In this document: one piece after another, positions 1 to 12,324 of the stretch
Layout of the letters: each line of letters starts with the position of its first letter
Numbering within the stretch: position 1 is the stretch's first letter
Source of the DNA: Eledone cirrhosa
Taxonomy: Eukaryota
Direction of reading: 5' to 3'
Assembly (NCBI GenBank): GCA_964016885.1
Contig: OZ024741.1
Location: forward strand, 23,064,001 to 23,128,000
DNA: 64,000 nucleotides
Made by a program: the position numbers and the translations under genes
The notes under the pieces: model-generated
The model's database searches: none
Told to the model about the DNA's origin: nothing
The model's input: only the letters and a program-made list of their open reading frames with translations

Positions 1-960
1 TGCCATGATAAAATGCACTAAATATACTGTAAAATGGTAGTGTGATGGTACCTTGATAAAATGCACTCAATATACAGTAAAATGGTAGTGTGATGGTGCC
101 ATGATAAAATGCACTCAATATACAGTAAAATGGTAGTGTGATGGTGCCATGATAAAATGCACTCAATATACTGTAAAATGGTAGTGTGATGGTGCCATGA
201 TAAAATGCACTCAATATACTGTAAAATGGTAGTGTGATGGTGCCATGATAAAATGCACTCAATATACTGTAAAATGGTAGTGTGATGGTGCCATGATAAA
301 ATGCACTAAATATACTGTAAAATGGTAGTGTGATGGTACCTTGATAAAATGCACTCAATATACAGTAAAATGGTAGTGTGATGGTGCTATGATAAAATGC
401 ACTCAATATACAGTAAAATGGTAGTGTGATGGTGCCATGATAAAATGCACTCAATATACTGTAAAATGGTAGTGTGATGGTGCCATGATAAAATGCACTC
501 AATATACTGTAAAATGGTAGTGTGATGGTACCCTGATAAAATGCACTCAATATACTGTAAAATGGTAGTGTGATGGTGCCATGATAAAATGCACTCAATA
601 TACTGTAAAATGGTAGTGTGATGGTACCCTGATAAAATGCACTCAATATACTGTAAAATGGTAGTGTGATGGTGCCCTGATAAAATGCACTCAATATACT
701 GTAAAATGGTAGTGTGATGGTGCCATGATAAAATGCACTCAATATACTGTAAAATGGTAGTGTGATGGTGCCATGATAAGATGCACTCAATATACTGTAA
801 AATGGTAGTGTGATGGTGCCATGATAAAATGCACTCAATATACTGTAAAATGGTAGTGTGATGGTGCCATGATAAAATGCACTCAATATACTGTAAAATG
901 GTAGTGTGATGGTGCCATGATAAAATGCACTCAATATACTGTAAAATGGTAGTGTGAGGG
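1..960. repeat. 48-bp minisatellite array (~20 copies in window, truncated by window start)
   Basis: Unit TGCCATGATAAAATGCACTCAATATACTGTAAAATGGTAGTGTGATGG repeated head-to-tail; ORF 387..968 is its 16-aa periodic translation. Confidence 0.97.
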
Positions 961-1609
961 TACCACAATAAAATGAGCCCATCACAGTCTGTAAATTGAT
1001 TGGTATTAGCAAGAAACTATGTCATTGATTGGTATTAGCAAGAAACTATGTCAAAATACAGAACATAGGAGCAAGGTATAGTTACTCATTCACTCTCCAT
1101 CAATCTCTAAACCTTACTATACCTGTCATACAGCCATGACATACTTTTGTCCCCATGACATCATACTTATCATCCGTTCTCTTGTCTCACGTTTACCACC
1201 TTTTTTGTCTCTCCCTTATTTTGTGTGTTAATTGAATTATATGATATTTGCAATAAAAAAATAAAGAAATTAAACATTGAACTCTTACCAGCTCTAAACA
1301 GAGATTTCAAATGATTAAATACATATATAAACAAATAACATTAAAACAAGTATAAATTCATATATTGGTGGTTATTTTAAATATATCTAAGCAGAGAAGC
1401 AGAAATATCAGAGCAAGCTGTTAAAAGAATTCAAGCAAGAACATGTCAGAAACGAGTTATTGTTAATAAAACTACCATTTTTCACACTATTAAGCTCAAG
1501 TTCAGAGATGAAGTGTCTTTGATAATGACATCTATACTGCTAAATTTCCATTGGTTTGCTCTCTGATTAGACATCTTATTCCTGGGTATATATATAATTA
1601 AAAAACTGT

Positions 1610-1902
1610 TAAAGTCTGTCCCCAAGCTTGGAGACTCATCTGGCCAATGCTTATCCTGGTTTCCTTGTAAAGGTGTAAAGTGGTTGAATACAAGACTTCC
1701 ATCCCGCCACCTGGACATGTTGCCAGTCCATCACAGAGTGAATTCTTAGCTACTGTTGGTACTTATTTTCAGCTTAGTGTACTGGAGCAATGTGAAATGA
1801 AGTGTTTTCCTTAAGAACACAACATACCACCTGGTCCCAAAATCGAACCTACAGTATTATGATTGTAAGTCCAACACCTTAACCACTAGGCCATGTGCCT
1901 TC
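1610..1902 (-). mobile_element. tRNA-derived SINE, family A (conserved central domain)
   Basis: Minus strand starts GAAGGCACATGGCCTAGTGGTTAAGG (A-box-like) ... GGTTCGATT (B-box-like), then TTCACATTGCTCCAGT core. Homologous copies at 5462-5606, 12860-13336, 28730-29040, 32210-32328, 37100-37240 and 58785-58940. Confidence 0.8.
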
Positions 1903-3379
1903 AAATACAGGAGTGGATTCCAGATGGGAAGCTTTATTTCTAAACTAAGGGTTGTAATGCTCTTATCCACTAAGCCACTGACACATGTGCTTCCCTTGTG
2001 CTCCCAGATCAATATTATGTACATATCCAAGAATACACTTGATAGAAACAACATAAATGTGAATATATTTGTTAAATGTTTTGTCTTTATAGATGAGATA
2101 ATCTGGAAAATTCTGATGATTTCAAAAGTGCTTTTCAAGTATTTTAGATACATTTTGCATCAAGAGATGGCTATGTTAAGAAGAAACTTCAAAATTTGTT
2201 TGAAGTTTTATCAACTTCCTTATAAACAAAGTTAAATGAAAAACTTTAATCTCAGAACTGCAGAGTTCAGGTTGAAAGATGTTTCTGAATTTCCAAGAGC
2301 TTCCATGTTTAAAAAATTCAAATGATATGATATGTCTAGTTTTAATTAATGATTAAAATATAAATGATTAGATTTCCAAATCATTTTGTTTACCTAAGAT
2401 ATTTTAACTATTGTAAAATATAAATCCCCTGAAAATTAGGACTATTTATACAATCCCAAAGTAAGAAAATGTGCAGAAATTTGAAATATTTTGTTTCAAA
2501 AATATTCTTAAATATGCTACAGAATATTTGAATTTTAACTAAAGTAATTTTATTAAAGAAACTTAAAAGTAATTCTAACATGAAAATTTAATTATAACAG
2601 GTTTTAATGAAAATTAAAATCACTTTTACTGATATGAACAGTGAGAAGAATTACATATCAATATAGTAAAAGATCTTTTGGTGCTTCTTACTGGTTTGAT
2701 ATCATTAGAAATATGAATATTTCTGCATAAATTAATTAATGAATTTTGCTTGGCAATAGTTACAGCAGGTGTTCCTGGCCATTGTCTGCCGGGTGCAACT
2801 GAAACATTGCCCTGCCCTAGGCATAGAGCCTGTCTCTCTCCCTCTTTCGTGGCTAATAGTCCTTGCTTTCCCTCTCCTTCTCCCCTCATTTATGGCATTT
2901 ATAGTCCTTTCCTTTACTTTACTTTCCCACACAACCAGATCTGCCCTTCTTTACCCCCCCCCCCCCCTCACCTTGTTTTTTCATTACTTAATTTTGGTTT
3001 TTATCATTTTTATATTTTCATCATTGTATAACTTCTTTTTTTTAAATACAGTTGACATAATATGTTTACATATATTTACATATAATTGTATTATCAGATT
3101 TTCATTAGTAAAATTTCTTTTCTCAGTACCAATGGAAATATTAAAAATATATTCTGGCATACCCTCTAAGTATTTTACTTTTCTGCTTTGCATCTGTTTT
3201 CAAAATTTAATGATCTTGATATTAAAATCTTAGGTCCACTTTATGCCTTTTATTGCAATCCTTAATATAGTTTCCAGAAAAACTTTCCAAAGAAAAGATG
3301 TAGATTTTTCAGTGTATAAGAATATAGATAAGGAGAATTTCTGATTTTGTTTTATCATAGAAATAACAAAACCACTCAC

Positions 3380-3568
3380 ATCCTTAAGTTTCTCCTCATA
3401 TCTTTCTTGTGCTTCAAACCAATTCAACATGCCGGGTCGAGCACCCAACGATTGTCGACAATATTCACGCGAGAAATTAGAAGCAAAACGTTTATTCTTG
3501 TTATGTCCTGTACTATTCCACCGTGGCTGAAGACATTTCTCTTGGTTAGTTTGGAAATCACCATTTTC
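3380..3568 (-). CDS. PARD3: Par-3/Bazooka coding exon (downstream-most exon found, 189 bp, phase 0-0)
   Basis: acag|GAA...AAG GAT|gtgagt; encodes ENGDFQTNQEKCLQPRWNSTGHNKNKRFASNFSREYCRQSLGARPGMLNWFEAQERYEEKLKD, resembling the Par-3 F.R...R.SL....PM..W.E.QE segment before PDZ1; in frame with the exon ending at 12586. Confidence 0.8.
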
Positions 3569-3998
3569 CTGTTATAAAACAAGAGTAATATCACAAGCAT
3601 ATCTGGATCATAATAATAAAGTAGAAAATATCCTTTGTTTTGTCAACAAATAAATGTCCTTCAAAGAAATGTTGCTGACAAAAGGTAGAAAAAGGAGAGA
3701 GACAATTTTTTTACTGCATTTATTTAGTAATATATATTTAATTCCATCAGATTTTATCTTGGTAAGAAGGCAAATATTTTGTTTTGTTTTCAGGCAGTCC
3801 TTCATAAAGACAAGACACCAGATATGAATATAACAGCTTATTGAAACTGATGCATCAAAGTTAAACTAAAGCTATCAAATTCTGATACATTTCAATTTAG
3901 TCACAGATTTTAAAATTAAGTTTTATTTATGATGAAATAACAATACTCACCATTATTAAAATAATCTAATCCTAGTTTTGTTTGTGATGATATATTAA

Positions 3999-4209
3999 CC
4001 CTTTAGCATTTAAACTGGCCATATCTGGCTAACATTCTCTCACCTCTTTCTGTTAAAACCGGCTGTAACCGGCTGTTCATACTGATGTTCAGGTATTGTT
4101 CTCAAAATAAATATCAAAATCTCATAGATTCGATATTATGATATTATGAGATAAAGCCTTTACCACAAAAATAAAATAGTATATATAGAGTAATGTAAAT
4201 GGTAAAGGG
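3999..4209. mobile_element. TTAA-flanked (piggyBac-type) MITE, family 1
   Basis: TTAA|CCCTTTAGCATTTA ... TAAATGGTAAAGGG|TTAA terminal inverted repeats; second copy at 12112-12324. Confidence 0.85.
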
Positions 4210-4719
4210 TTAATGGAATCATTAAAATAATCTAGTTCTAGCTTAGTTTGTGATATATTAATTTAATGGAATAATGGAATCATTGAAGTTGAAAGGTTAT
4301 TTTTATTTTTTAATGGATATCTTAAACACACATGCATCTAAATTCATGCAGTAAAGTAAAATTAAAATCAAGCAAAAACACTAAGATTGGATTTTTAAGG
4401 AAGGGAATATTATTAAATAGGTTTAGAAATAAAGTTGTGTTAATTGACATGGTGATAAAGGTTTTTAAGAGATTCTTCTATATTAAATACAGTTATGTAT
4501 GTATTCTCATTAAAAGGAGTTTTATATATTTTATCTCAGCTGCAAGAATACATATTTCAGTTATGAGAAGCAAATTGTAAGCTGAAATATTTAAACAACA
4601 GCAAGCAATATTTGAGGAACAAAAGACAATTATTATCAGAAGTTTTATAACAAAAGTAGATTATAGTGTAATTATTTTTTAAGAGAAATTTGGACTTTTA
4701 ACAAAAAAGAAAAAGAACA

Positions 4720-4946
4720 ATAATAATAATGATAATGGTTTCTAATTTAGGCACAAGGCCAGCAACTTTAGAGGAGGGGAAGTTGATTAACTCCAGTGCA
4801 TTACTGGTACTTTATTTTATATCCTTAAGGGGTCGATAAAATAAAGTACCAGTAATGCACTGGGGTTCATTTAATTGACTTTCCCTTCCCCCAAAATTGT
4901 TGGCCTTGTGCCTAAATCAGAAACCATTATTATTATTATTATCATT
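4720..4946. mobile_element. Two family B SINE 3' halves in head-to-head inverted arrangement
   Basis: (AAT)n-GGTTTCTAATTTAGGCACAAGGCCAGCAA...CTGGTACTTTATTTTAT followed by ATAAAATAAAGTACCAG...TTGGCCTTGTGCCTAAATCAGAAACC-(ATT)n. Confidence 0.85.
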
Positions 4947-5257
4947 GTTACTAGAAAAAACTATTTTTAAACACAAACAACTTTAAAAGGAAAATTTAAT
5001 AAAAACAACAGAAAATTAAAATTCAAGCATTTCTTTGCTAAAATATATTTTTACATAAATTAATCATACAATGAATGTAAAACAAGGAAATAAAAACAGC
5101 AATGACAGAAAATTGATGTGAAATATTATAAAGTAAAGACTTATTATATATGAGTACTATTGTGTTGAATTCCACAGCTCCCATATTACTTCGGTGAAGT
5201 GTGCACCCTCGGGTATGATTTGCTAATTTGTTGTGGAACTAACTCTCTCTCTCTCAT

Positions 5258-5420
5258 ATCATCATCATCATCATCATTTCATTTTACGTCCGCTTTTTCC
5301 CTGCTTGCAAGGGTGGGACGGGAACTGATGCTGGCTTGATTTCTACAGCTGGGTGCCCTTCCTAACACCAACCTCATTTACAGTGAGTGCTGGGTGCTTT
5401 TTTGCTGTGGCACCTCCATG
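5258..5420 (-). mobile_element. Short non-autonomous RTE-related element (family C) with (GAT)n tail
   Basis: Minus strand reads AAAAGCACCCAGCACTCACTGTAAATGAGGTTGGTGTTAGGAAGGGCACCCAGCTGTAGAAA ... GCGGACGTAAAATG-(ATG)n; homologues at 16880-17050, 18650-18730, 20120-20300, 29700-30045, 34260-34715, 39820-39900. Confidence 0.65.
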
Positions 5421-5696
5421 ACCACTTTGCAGTGGTATGATATGGACCCCAGTCCCTATCATCTCATTTCTACAGCTGAGTAAACTGGAGCAATGTGAAA
5501 TAAAGTGTCTTGCTCAAGGAAACAATACATCACCCAGTCTGAGAATTGAACTCACAACCTTTCGATTGCAAGGCCAATGCTCTAACCACTAAGCCATGTG
5601 CCTCCATAACATATATATATATATATTTGTATGTGGCTGAGGGCTGAGTGAAAGGAGTACTCAATACCGAAGTTGAGTTTTAATATTCAATATTAT

Positions 5697-5820
5697 TCAG
5701 GCTAAAAAGTGATTCTTGTTACTCTGGAGTTTCACCTGTTTATGACAGGGTCATCTTGTCCGATGGCCCTGTCATAAACAGGCGAAAATCCAGAGTAATA
5801 AGACTCACTATTTAGCCTGA
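5697..5820. ncRNA. Inverted pair of degenerate minimal hammerhead-ribozyme motifs (Penelope-like pLTR remnant)
   Basis: ~59-bp imperfect palindrome. Plus arm: TCTTGT-CCGATGG-C CCTGT CATAA ACAGG C-GAAA-ATC CA GAG-TA-ATAAGA. Minus arm: GATGA-CCCTGTCATAAACAGGT-GAAA-CTC CA GAG-TA-ACAAGA. Confidence 0.6.
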
Positions 5821-5987
5821 TGGGGGTGGGGCAATAGAAAAGAAATGTAATTTAAAAATATAAAATACATTCACATAATAAAAACTGAGTGTGTATGTGA
5901 AAATGGTTACCATCAGGGATTTCCACGGAGAATGAAGCAAAGACAACAAATATAGTAAATAAAGATCTTTAAGTCAATTTTCTTACT

Positions 5988-8570
5988 ACTCAGATGTATT
6001 GTATTATCAAACACTTCAGACTTAGTATTCCTCAGTCCTCAGATATATTGTATTATCAAACACACCAAGAATTAGTAGTCCTCAGTCCTCAGATATATTG
6101 TATTATCAAACACACCAAGACTTAGTAGTCCTCAGTCCTCAGATATATTGTATTATCAAACACACCAAGACTTAGTAGTCCTCAGTCCTCAGATATATTG
6201 TATTATCAAACACTTCAGACTTAGTAGTCCTCAGTCCTCAGATATATTGTATTATCAAACACTCAAAGACTTAGTAGTCCTCAGTCCTCAGATATATTGT
6301 ATTATCAAACACACCAAGACTTAGTAGTCCTCAGTCCTCAGATATATTGTATTATCAAACACTTCAGACTTAGTAGTCCTCAGTCCTCAGATATATTGTA
6401 TTATCAAACACTTCAGACTTAGTAGTCCTCAGTCCTCAGATATATTGTATTATCAAACACAACAAGACTTAGTAGTCCTCAGTCCTCAGATATATTGTAT
6501 TATCAAACACTCCAAGACTTAGTAGTCCTCAGTCCTCAGATATATTGTATTATCAAACACTCCAAGACTTAGTAGTCCGCAGTCCTCAGATATATTGTAT
6601 TATCAAACACTCCAAGACTTAGTAGTCCTCAGTCCTCAGATATATTGTATTATCAAACACTCCAAGACTTAGTAGTCCTCAGTCCTCAGATATATTGTAT
6701 TATCAAACACTCCAAGACTTAGTAGTCCGCAGTCCTCAGATATATTGTATTATCAAACACTCCAAGACTTAGTAGTCCTCAGTCCTCAGATATATTGTAT
6801 TATCAAACACTCCAAGACTTAGTAGTCCTCAGTCCTCAGATATATTGTATTATCAAACACTTCAGACTTAGTAGTCCTCAGTCCTCAGATATATTGTATT
6901 ATCAAACACAACAAGACTTAGTAGTCCTCAGTCCTCAGATATATTGTATTATCAAACACTCCAAGACTTAGTAGTCCTCAGTCCTCAGATATATTGTATT
7001 ATCAAACACTCCAAGACTTAGTAGTCCTCAGTCCTCAGATATATTGTATTATCAAACACTCCAAGACTTAGTAGTCCTCAGTCCTCAGATATATTGTATT
7101 ATCAAACACTCCAAGACTTAGTAGTCCTCAGTCCTCAGATATATTGTATTATCAAACACTCCAAGACTTAGTAGTCCTCAGTCCTCAGATATATTGTATT
7201 ATCAAACACTCCAAGACTTAGTAGTCCTCAGTCCTCAGATATATTGTATTATCAAACACTCCAAGACTTAGTAGTCCTCAGTCCTCAGATATATTGTATT
7301 ATCAAACACTCCAAGACTTAGTAGTCCTCAGTCCTCAGATATATTGTATTATCAAACACTCCAAGACTTAGTAGTCCGCAGTCCTCAGATATATTGTATT
7401 ATCAAACACTCCAAGACTTAGTAGTCCTCAGTCCTCAGATATATTGTATTATCAAACACTCCAAGACTTAGTAGTCCTCAGTCCTCAGATATATTGTATT
7501 ATCAAACACTTCAGACTTAGTAGTCCTCAGTCCTCAGATATATTGTATTATCAAACACAACAAGACTTAGTAGTCCTCAGTCCTCAGATATATTGTATTA
7601 TCAAACACTCCAAGACTTAGTAGTCCTCAGTCCTCAGATATATTGTATTATCAAACACAACAAGACTTAGTAGTGCTCAGTCCTCAGATATATTGTATTA
7701 TCAAACACAACAAGACTTAGTAGTCCTCAGTCCTCAGATGTATTGTATTATCAAACACTCCAAGACTTAGTAGTCCTCAGTCCTCAGATATATTCTATTA
7801 TCAAACACTCCAAGACTTAGTAGTCCTCAGTCCTCAGATATATTGTATTATCAAACACTCCAAGACTTAGTAGTCCTCAGTCCTCAGATATATTGTATTA
7901 TCAAACACTCCAAGACTTAGTAGTCCTCAGTCCTCAGATATATTGTATTATCAAACACTTCAGACTTAGTAGTCCTCAGTCCTCAGATATATTGTATTAT
8001 CAAACACAACAAGACTTAGTAGTCCTCAGTCCTCAGATATATTGTATTATCAAACACTCCAAGACTTAGTAGTCCTCAGTCCTCAGATATATTGTATTAT
8101 CAAACAACAATACTTAGTAGTCCTCAGTCCTCAGATATATTGTATTATCAAACACTCAAAGACTTAGTAGTTCTCAGTCCTCAGATATATTGTATTATCA
8201 AACACAACAAGACTTAGTAGTCCTCAGTCCTCAGATATATTGTATCATCAAACACACCAAGACTTAGTAGTCCTCAGTCCTCAGATATATTGTATTATCA
8301 AACACTCCAAGACTTAGTAGTCCTCAGTCCTCAGATATATTGTATTATCAAACAACAATACTTAGTAGTCCTCAGTCCTCAGATATATTGTATTATCAAA
8401 CACACCAAGACTTAATAGTCCTCAGTCCTCAGATATATTGTATTATCAAACACACCAAGACTTAGTAGTCCTCAGTCCTCAGATATATTGTATTATCAAA
8501 CACACCAAGACTTAGTAGTCCTCAGTCCTCAGATATTACTTTATCAAACACTCCAAGAATTAGTAGCTCT
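5988..8570. repeat. 50-bp minisatellite array (~52 copies)
   Basis: Unit CAGATATATTGTATTATCAAACACTCCAAGACTTAGTAGTCCTCAGTCCT with one hypervariable site (CTCCAA/CACCAA/CTTCA/CAACAA). Confidence 0.97.
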
Positions 8571-8829
8571 CACTACAAAACCTAAACTCAGTTGACAAGT
8601 TGTAGTTATGAGAATAGTTATATTATTTTCATCCCTCCCCAGAATGTTAATCACTATCTTGTCATCAACATATTTAGAAATATTTTCTCTAATTACTGAT
8701 TAATATTAAAATATCGTACATGTTAGAATCAGTTCAAGGCGTTATTCATAATACCAGAGAGAGAGAGGAATATCGGACTCAAAGATGACAGATAACTAAC
8801 AAAGAATATTTTAACTGTATACTAATTAT

Positions 8830-8852
8830 AGTGTGTGTGTGTGTGTGTGTGT

Positions 8853-8884
<32 letters not shown>

Positions 8885-9062
8885 CTGTGCCTGTGTGTGT
8901 GTGTGTCTGTGCGTCTGTGTGTGCATCTCTGTGTGTGTGTTTGTGTGTTTGTGTGTGTATCTGCGTCTGTATGTGTCTGTGTGTGTGTGTGTCTGTGTCT
9001 GTATGTGTGTCTGTGTCTCTCTGTCTGTGTCTGTATGTGTGTGTGTGTCTGTATGTGTGTCT
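8830..9062. repeat. Degenerate (GT)n microsatellite
   Basis: GT/CT dinucleotide run; source of the VC/HT-rich spurious ORFs. Confidence 0.95.
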
Positions 9063-9877
9063 ATAGTTCAAACTTTTGAACATGTTGAAAGTCAACAATA
9101 GACCAGACAATATTTCCCCCAACAATCTTGTCTTTTGCTGGAATTCTTGATCTAGAACAAAACTTGCTTATCTCTTTCTTTTTTCTTTCTTTTTTCAATT
9201 GACCTTATGAAAAACGTCCAGAATACACACAAATATATTAAAATTATCTAATACATATTTTTGAGATAATGAATACATATGAACAAAGGTGAATAAGCTT
9301 TCAAAATGTCAAGAAATTTCACAGTACAAACTTTCAGCATAGATCTTGGAAAGTTGTACTAAAATGGCTGAATACTAAAATGAAAGCCAAAAAAATAACT
9401 TGGCATATATTCTAAATGTTACACATTGTCTCACCATCTTATTTAAGAAATATATCAAATAATAGTTAACCTAACAAATAGTTCCCTATATATGTCAAAA
9501 ATATATCCAGCTTTATTTTTTTCCTGTGGGATGTAATGATGTTAAGGAGATAAAGGTATTTTATGTGGTTTAGTAAGCTTGCTGGATATGTCAGTTGCTG
9601 TCAGGCAGTCAAAGTATGAGGTACTGCACTACTTGTTGTCAACAAGGATTCTGAGTTCCTGAATACAGTGATAACAAGAGATAAGAAGTGGATCTACTGG
9701 AACAACCCATAAACAAAGTCTCAATCATCACAGTAGAAGCATCGAACATCACTAAAACCCCAAACAGCACATCAGATGTAAAGCAAAATCATGGTGATGT
9801 CGACTGTCGATAAAAGAAAGTACCAGTAATACACTGGGATAATTGCTGGCCTTGTGAAAAAAGTAGAAACAATTATA

Positions 9878-10100
9878 TGGGCAGTGGATTGGAAGTATTG
9901 GTAGAGCATTGGACACTGCTTCGTGACATAGGGTTACAGCCCTTTACGTTCTGAGTTCAAATCCCGCTGAGGTTAGCTTTGCCTTTCATCCTTATGGGGT
10001 TGATAAAATAAAGTACCAGAAATACACTGGGGTCAATTTGATTGACTCCCCCCTTCCGTTCAAATTGCAGGCCTTGTGCCTAAAGTAGAAACAATTATTC
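9878..10100 (+). mobile_element. SINE family B, near full length
   Basis: GAGTTCAAATCCC (B-box-like), TTTGCCTTTCATCC...GATAAAATAAAGTACCAG core, 3' GGCCTTGTGCCTAAAGTAGAAAC-(ATT)n. Other copies at 9805-9875, 22390-22484, 31860-32045, 35705-35888 (minus), 37908-38180. Confidence 0.8.
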
Positions 10101-11306
10101 TATTATGTGTTCCAACCAAGAGGCTGAGGCCATGCTGGGGCACCACCACCGATGCTACACTTTCTATAGTCATTGATACAAAAGGGAGTTTGCTGCTGCT
10201 GCTCTTATTATATGTGTTTATATTTACATTCTGAAAGAATTGTGAACAATTTGTAACATTTATACAACTGAGAATAAAATTTACATGTGTATATACAGAT
10301 TTTAAGAAGTATTATCTCTCTCAACCTAGACTGCTAAAAAACAGCCATGTAGATCTAAAAATGTATTTATCAACACATTTTCATACTAAAATCAGTATTT
10401 AGATAGAAAACATTTTACTTATATATTTTCTCTGAAGACAATGCTTCTTTTAAACCTATTTTGTTACAAAAGAATAATATCATAGCAAGAGATTATGATA
10501 AATCTCTTGGGAGGTATAGAGACAAAGAACATCAGAATGTTACATAATTTAAGATTGTAGAATTCACTGCAAGGTTTGATGAGAAACTGAGATAGTTATT
10601 ATATCTTATCTCCTCTTATTACATTGATATTCTTGACTAGAATGAATAACAAAATTTAAAAAAAACTCAGTACCTTTCAAGTTAGATTTTTAAAATGTCT
10701 AAACATCCCAAGTTTTGTTGCAACTACAATTTAGTTCATACAGTAAAGAAGCTTTAGTCATTTGTCTTTTTTTCTTCTTTGCCCACTTATTCCTGGGAGG
10801 GTTGTGAGGGCTATAAGCAATCTGTCTTTAAGGGGAGTGTCAAAAATATTGGCATCCCAAAACTGTCAAAATGATGCAGAGGGATATGTATTAAAATTCA
10901 TGAGTGTAATTTATGCTAATCAAGGATTTTAAAACCAAATCAACACCAGGATGAACTAGAAATATCAAAAAGTCCAACATATGATTCTCTTCTAAATTGG
11001 TACAAACATCCATACTATATGATTTATATCCTCTTAGTCCAAATAACATCAGCACAAAAGATTGACAATCCTTCAAAACATTTGAACAACCTAATGCAAA
11101 CAGAATTACGTAATTTCAAAACTCATTGCTGGGCATAGCTCAATTAGGAAGTAAAACACACAATTGAGATCCCACCATTACAATATACTCTAAATTTAGT
11201 GAATACAAATTAGTAAATCTACCCTCTGGTAATTAGCTATAATAAGGTACATTTATTTTGAAACCAAACACACATTTTTAAAGATAAAAACCAATTAGTA
11301 TGCCAT

Positions 11307-11606
11307 TTAACCTTCTTGATGTCAAACTTCTAGAAATTGCTCCAGATTCTCAGATACAGAATTATTTATTTTGAAATGTTTATATGTATAAAAAACAATA
11401 AAAAAACTTCATTATTTTGTCAAAAACTAAGTTATGCTCCAAATACCAGCTTAATAATAAGAATGTAAGTTATATTATCCCTCCAAATTCTTGATTATTT
11501 TCAACAAGATTTGAAAATAATAGGCAATGTTTTTCATAGGAAATATAGTAATGAAAATAGTTCTCACTGCATTCCAAACATACTTCTTTGGTAATGAAAG
11601 GGTTAA
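11307..11606. mobile_element. TTAA-flanked MITE, family 2 (decayed)
   Basis: TTAACCTTCTTGAT ... GGTAATGAAAGGGTTAA ends; related pieces at ~29445, 31015, 31550, 35940, 38378-38896, 39478. Confidence 0.6.
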
Positions 11607-12111
11607 AAAGTGTCTAAAGTAGAATGATACATACAAGCTATACATCCTAAACTGCATTCAAAAAACAGTCACTCAATGAATAAGCATGAAGTCATTCACA
11701 AAAACACTGACTACTGGCCTCAAGATTCATTCTCTTCTCTCTTTTTACCTTTTCTACCACTTCCACAGAGAAATATGTTTCTTGGAGTGTTCTGTTCACA
11801 TTAAACCCTTGACTCACTCATCTCATCACCAATATTGTGTCTATCATACCTAGGTCCTGCACCAACCAATATACCCAACCCTACCTCTCTGGAATCCATT
11901 CTGATATGTTTTTGTTGTAGCCTTTGACTTGTAATAATTCAAGCAGAATGTAATTGACAAAGGTGGTGCCATGTGTACAGACTCTTCCTCCAAACCAATT
12001 TAAAAAAAAAAAAAAAAAAAAAAACCCTTAACTCAAATTCTAACAGAATTGAAAAAAAAAAATGCTTGCACTGTCAATAATACTGATAAGCACACAACTT
12101 AACACCTTTAA

Positions 12112-12324
12112 CCATTTAGCATTTAAACCGGTATCCGGCCAGAATCCTCCCACCTCTTTCTGTTCAAGCTGGCTGTAACCGGCCACTCATACTGATGTTA
12201 AGGTATTGTTCTCAAATAAATAATATCAAAATCTCAGATTCGATATTATGAGATAATTATTTGAGGTAAAGCCTTTACTGTGAAAATGTAATAGTATGTA
12301 TAGAGTAATGTAAATGTTAAAGGG
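12112..12324. mobile_element. TTAA-flanked MITE, family 1, second copy
   Basis: TTAA|CCATTTAGCATTTA ... TAAATGTTAAAGGG|TTAA; alignable throughout to 3999-4209. Confidence 0.85.

Noticed and set aside
1482-1718. 78-aa minus-strand ORF as a further Par-3 exon
   Set aside because: No PDZ-like similarity, overlaps a SINE, and has no compatible splice phase.
1840-1902. tRNA genes at SINE heads (also ~5560, 13290, 29000, 32290, 37210)
   Set aside because: A/B-box heads are degenerate, attached to SINE bodies, and do not give a full cloverleaf.
5905-5960. Possible alternative first exon ending ATG|gtaacc in phase with the 3568 exon
   Set aside because: Only a donor-like motif; nothing else supports it.
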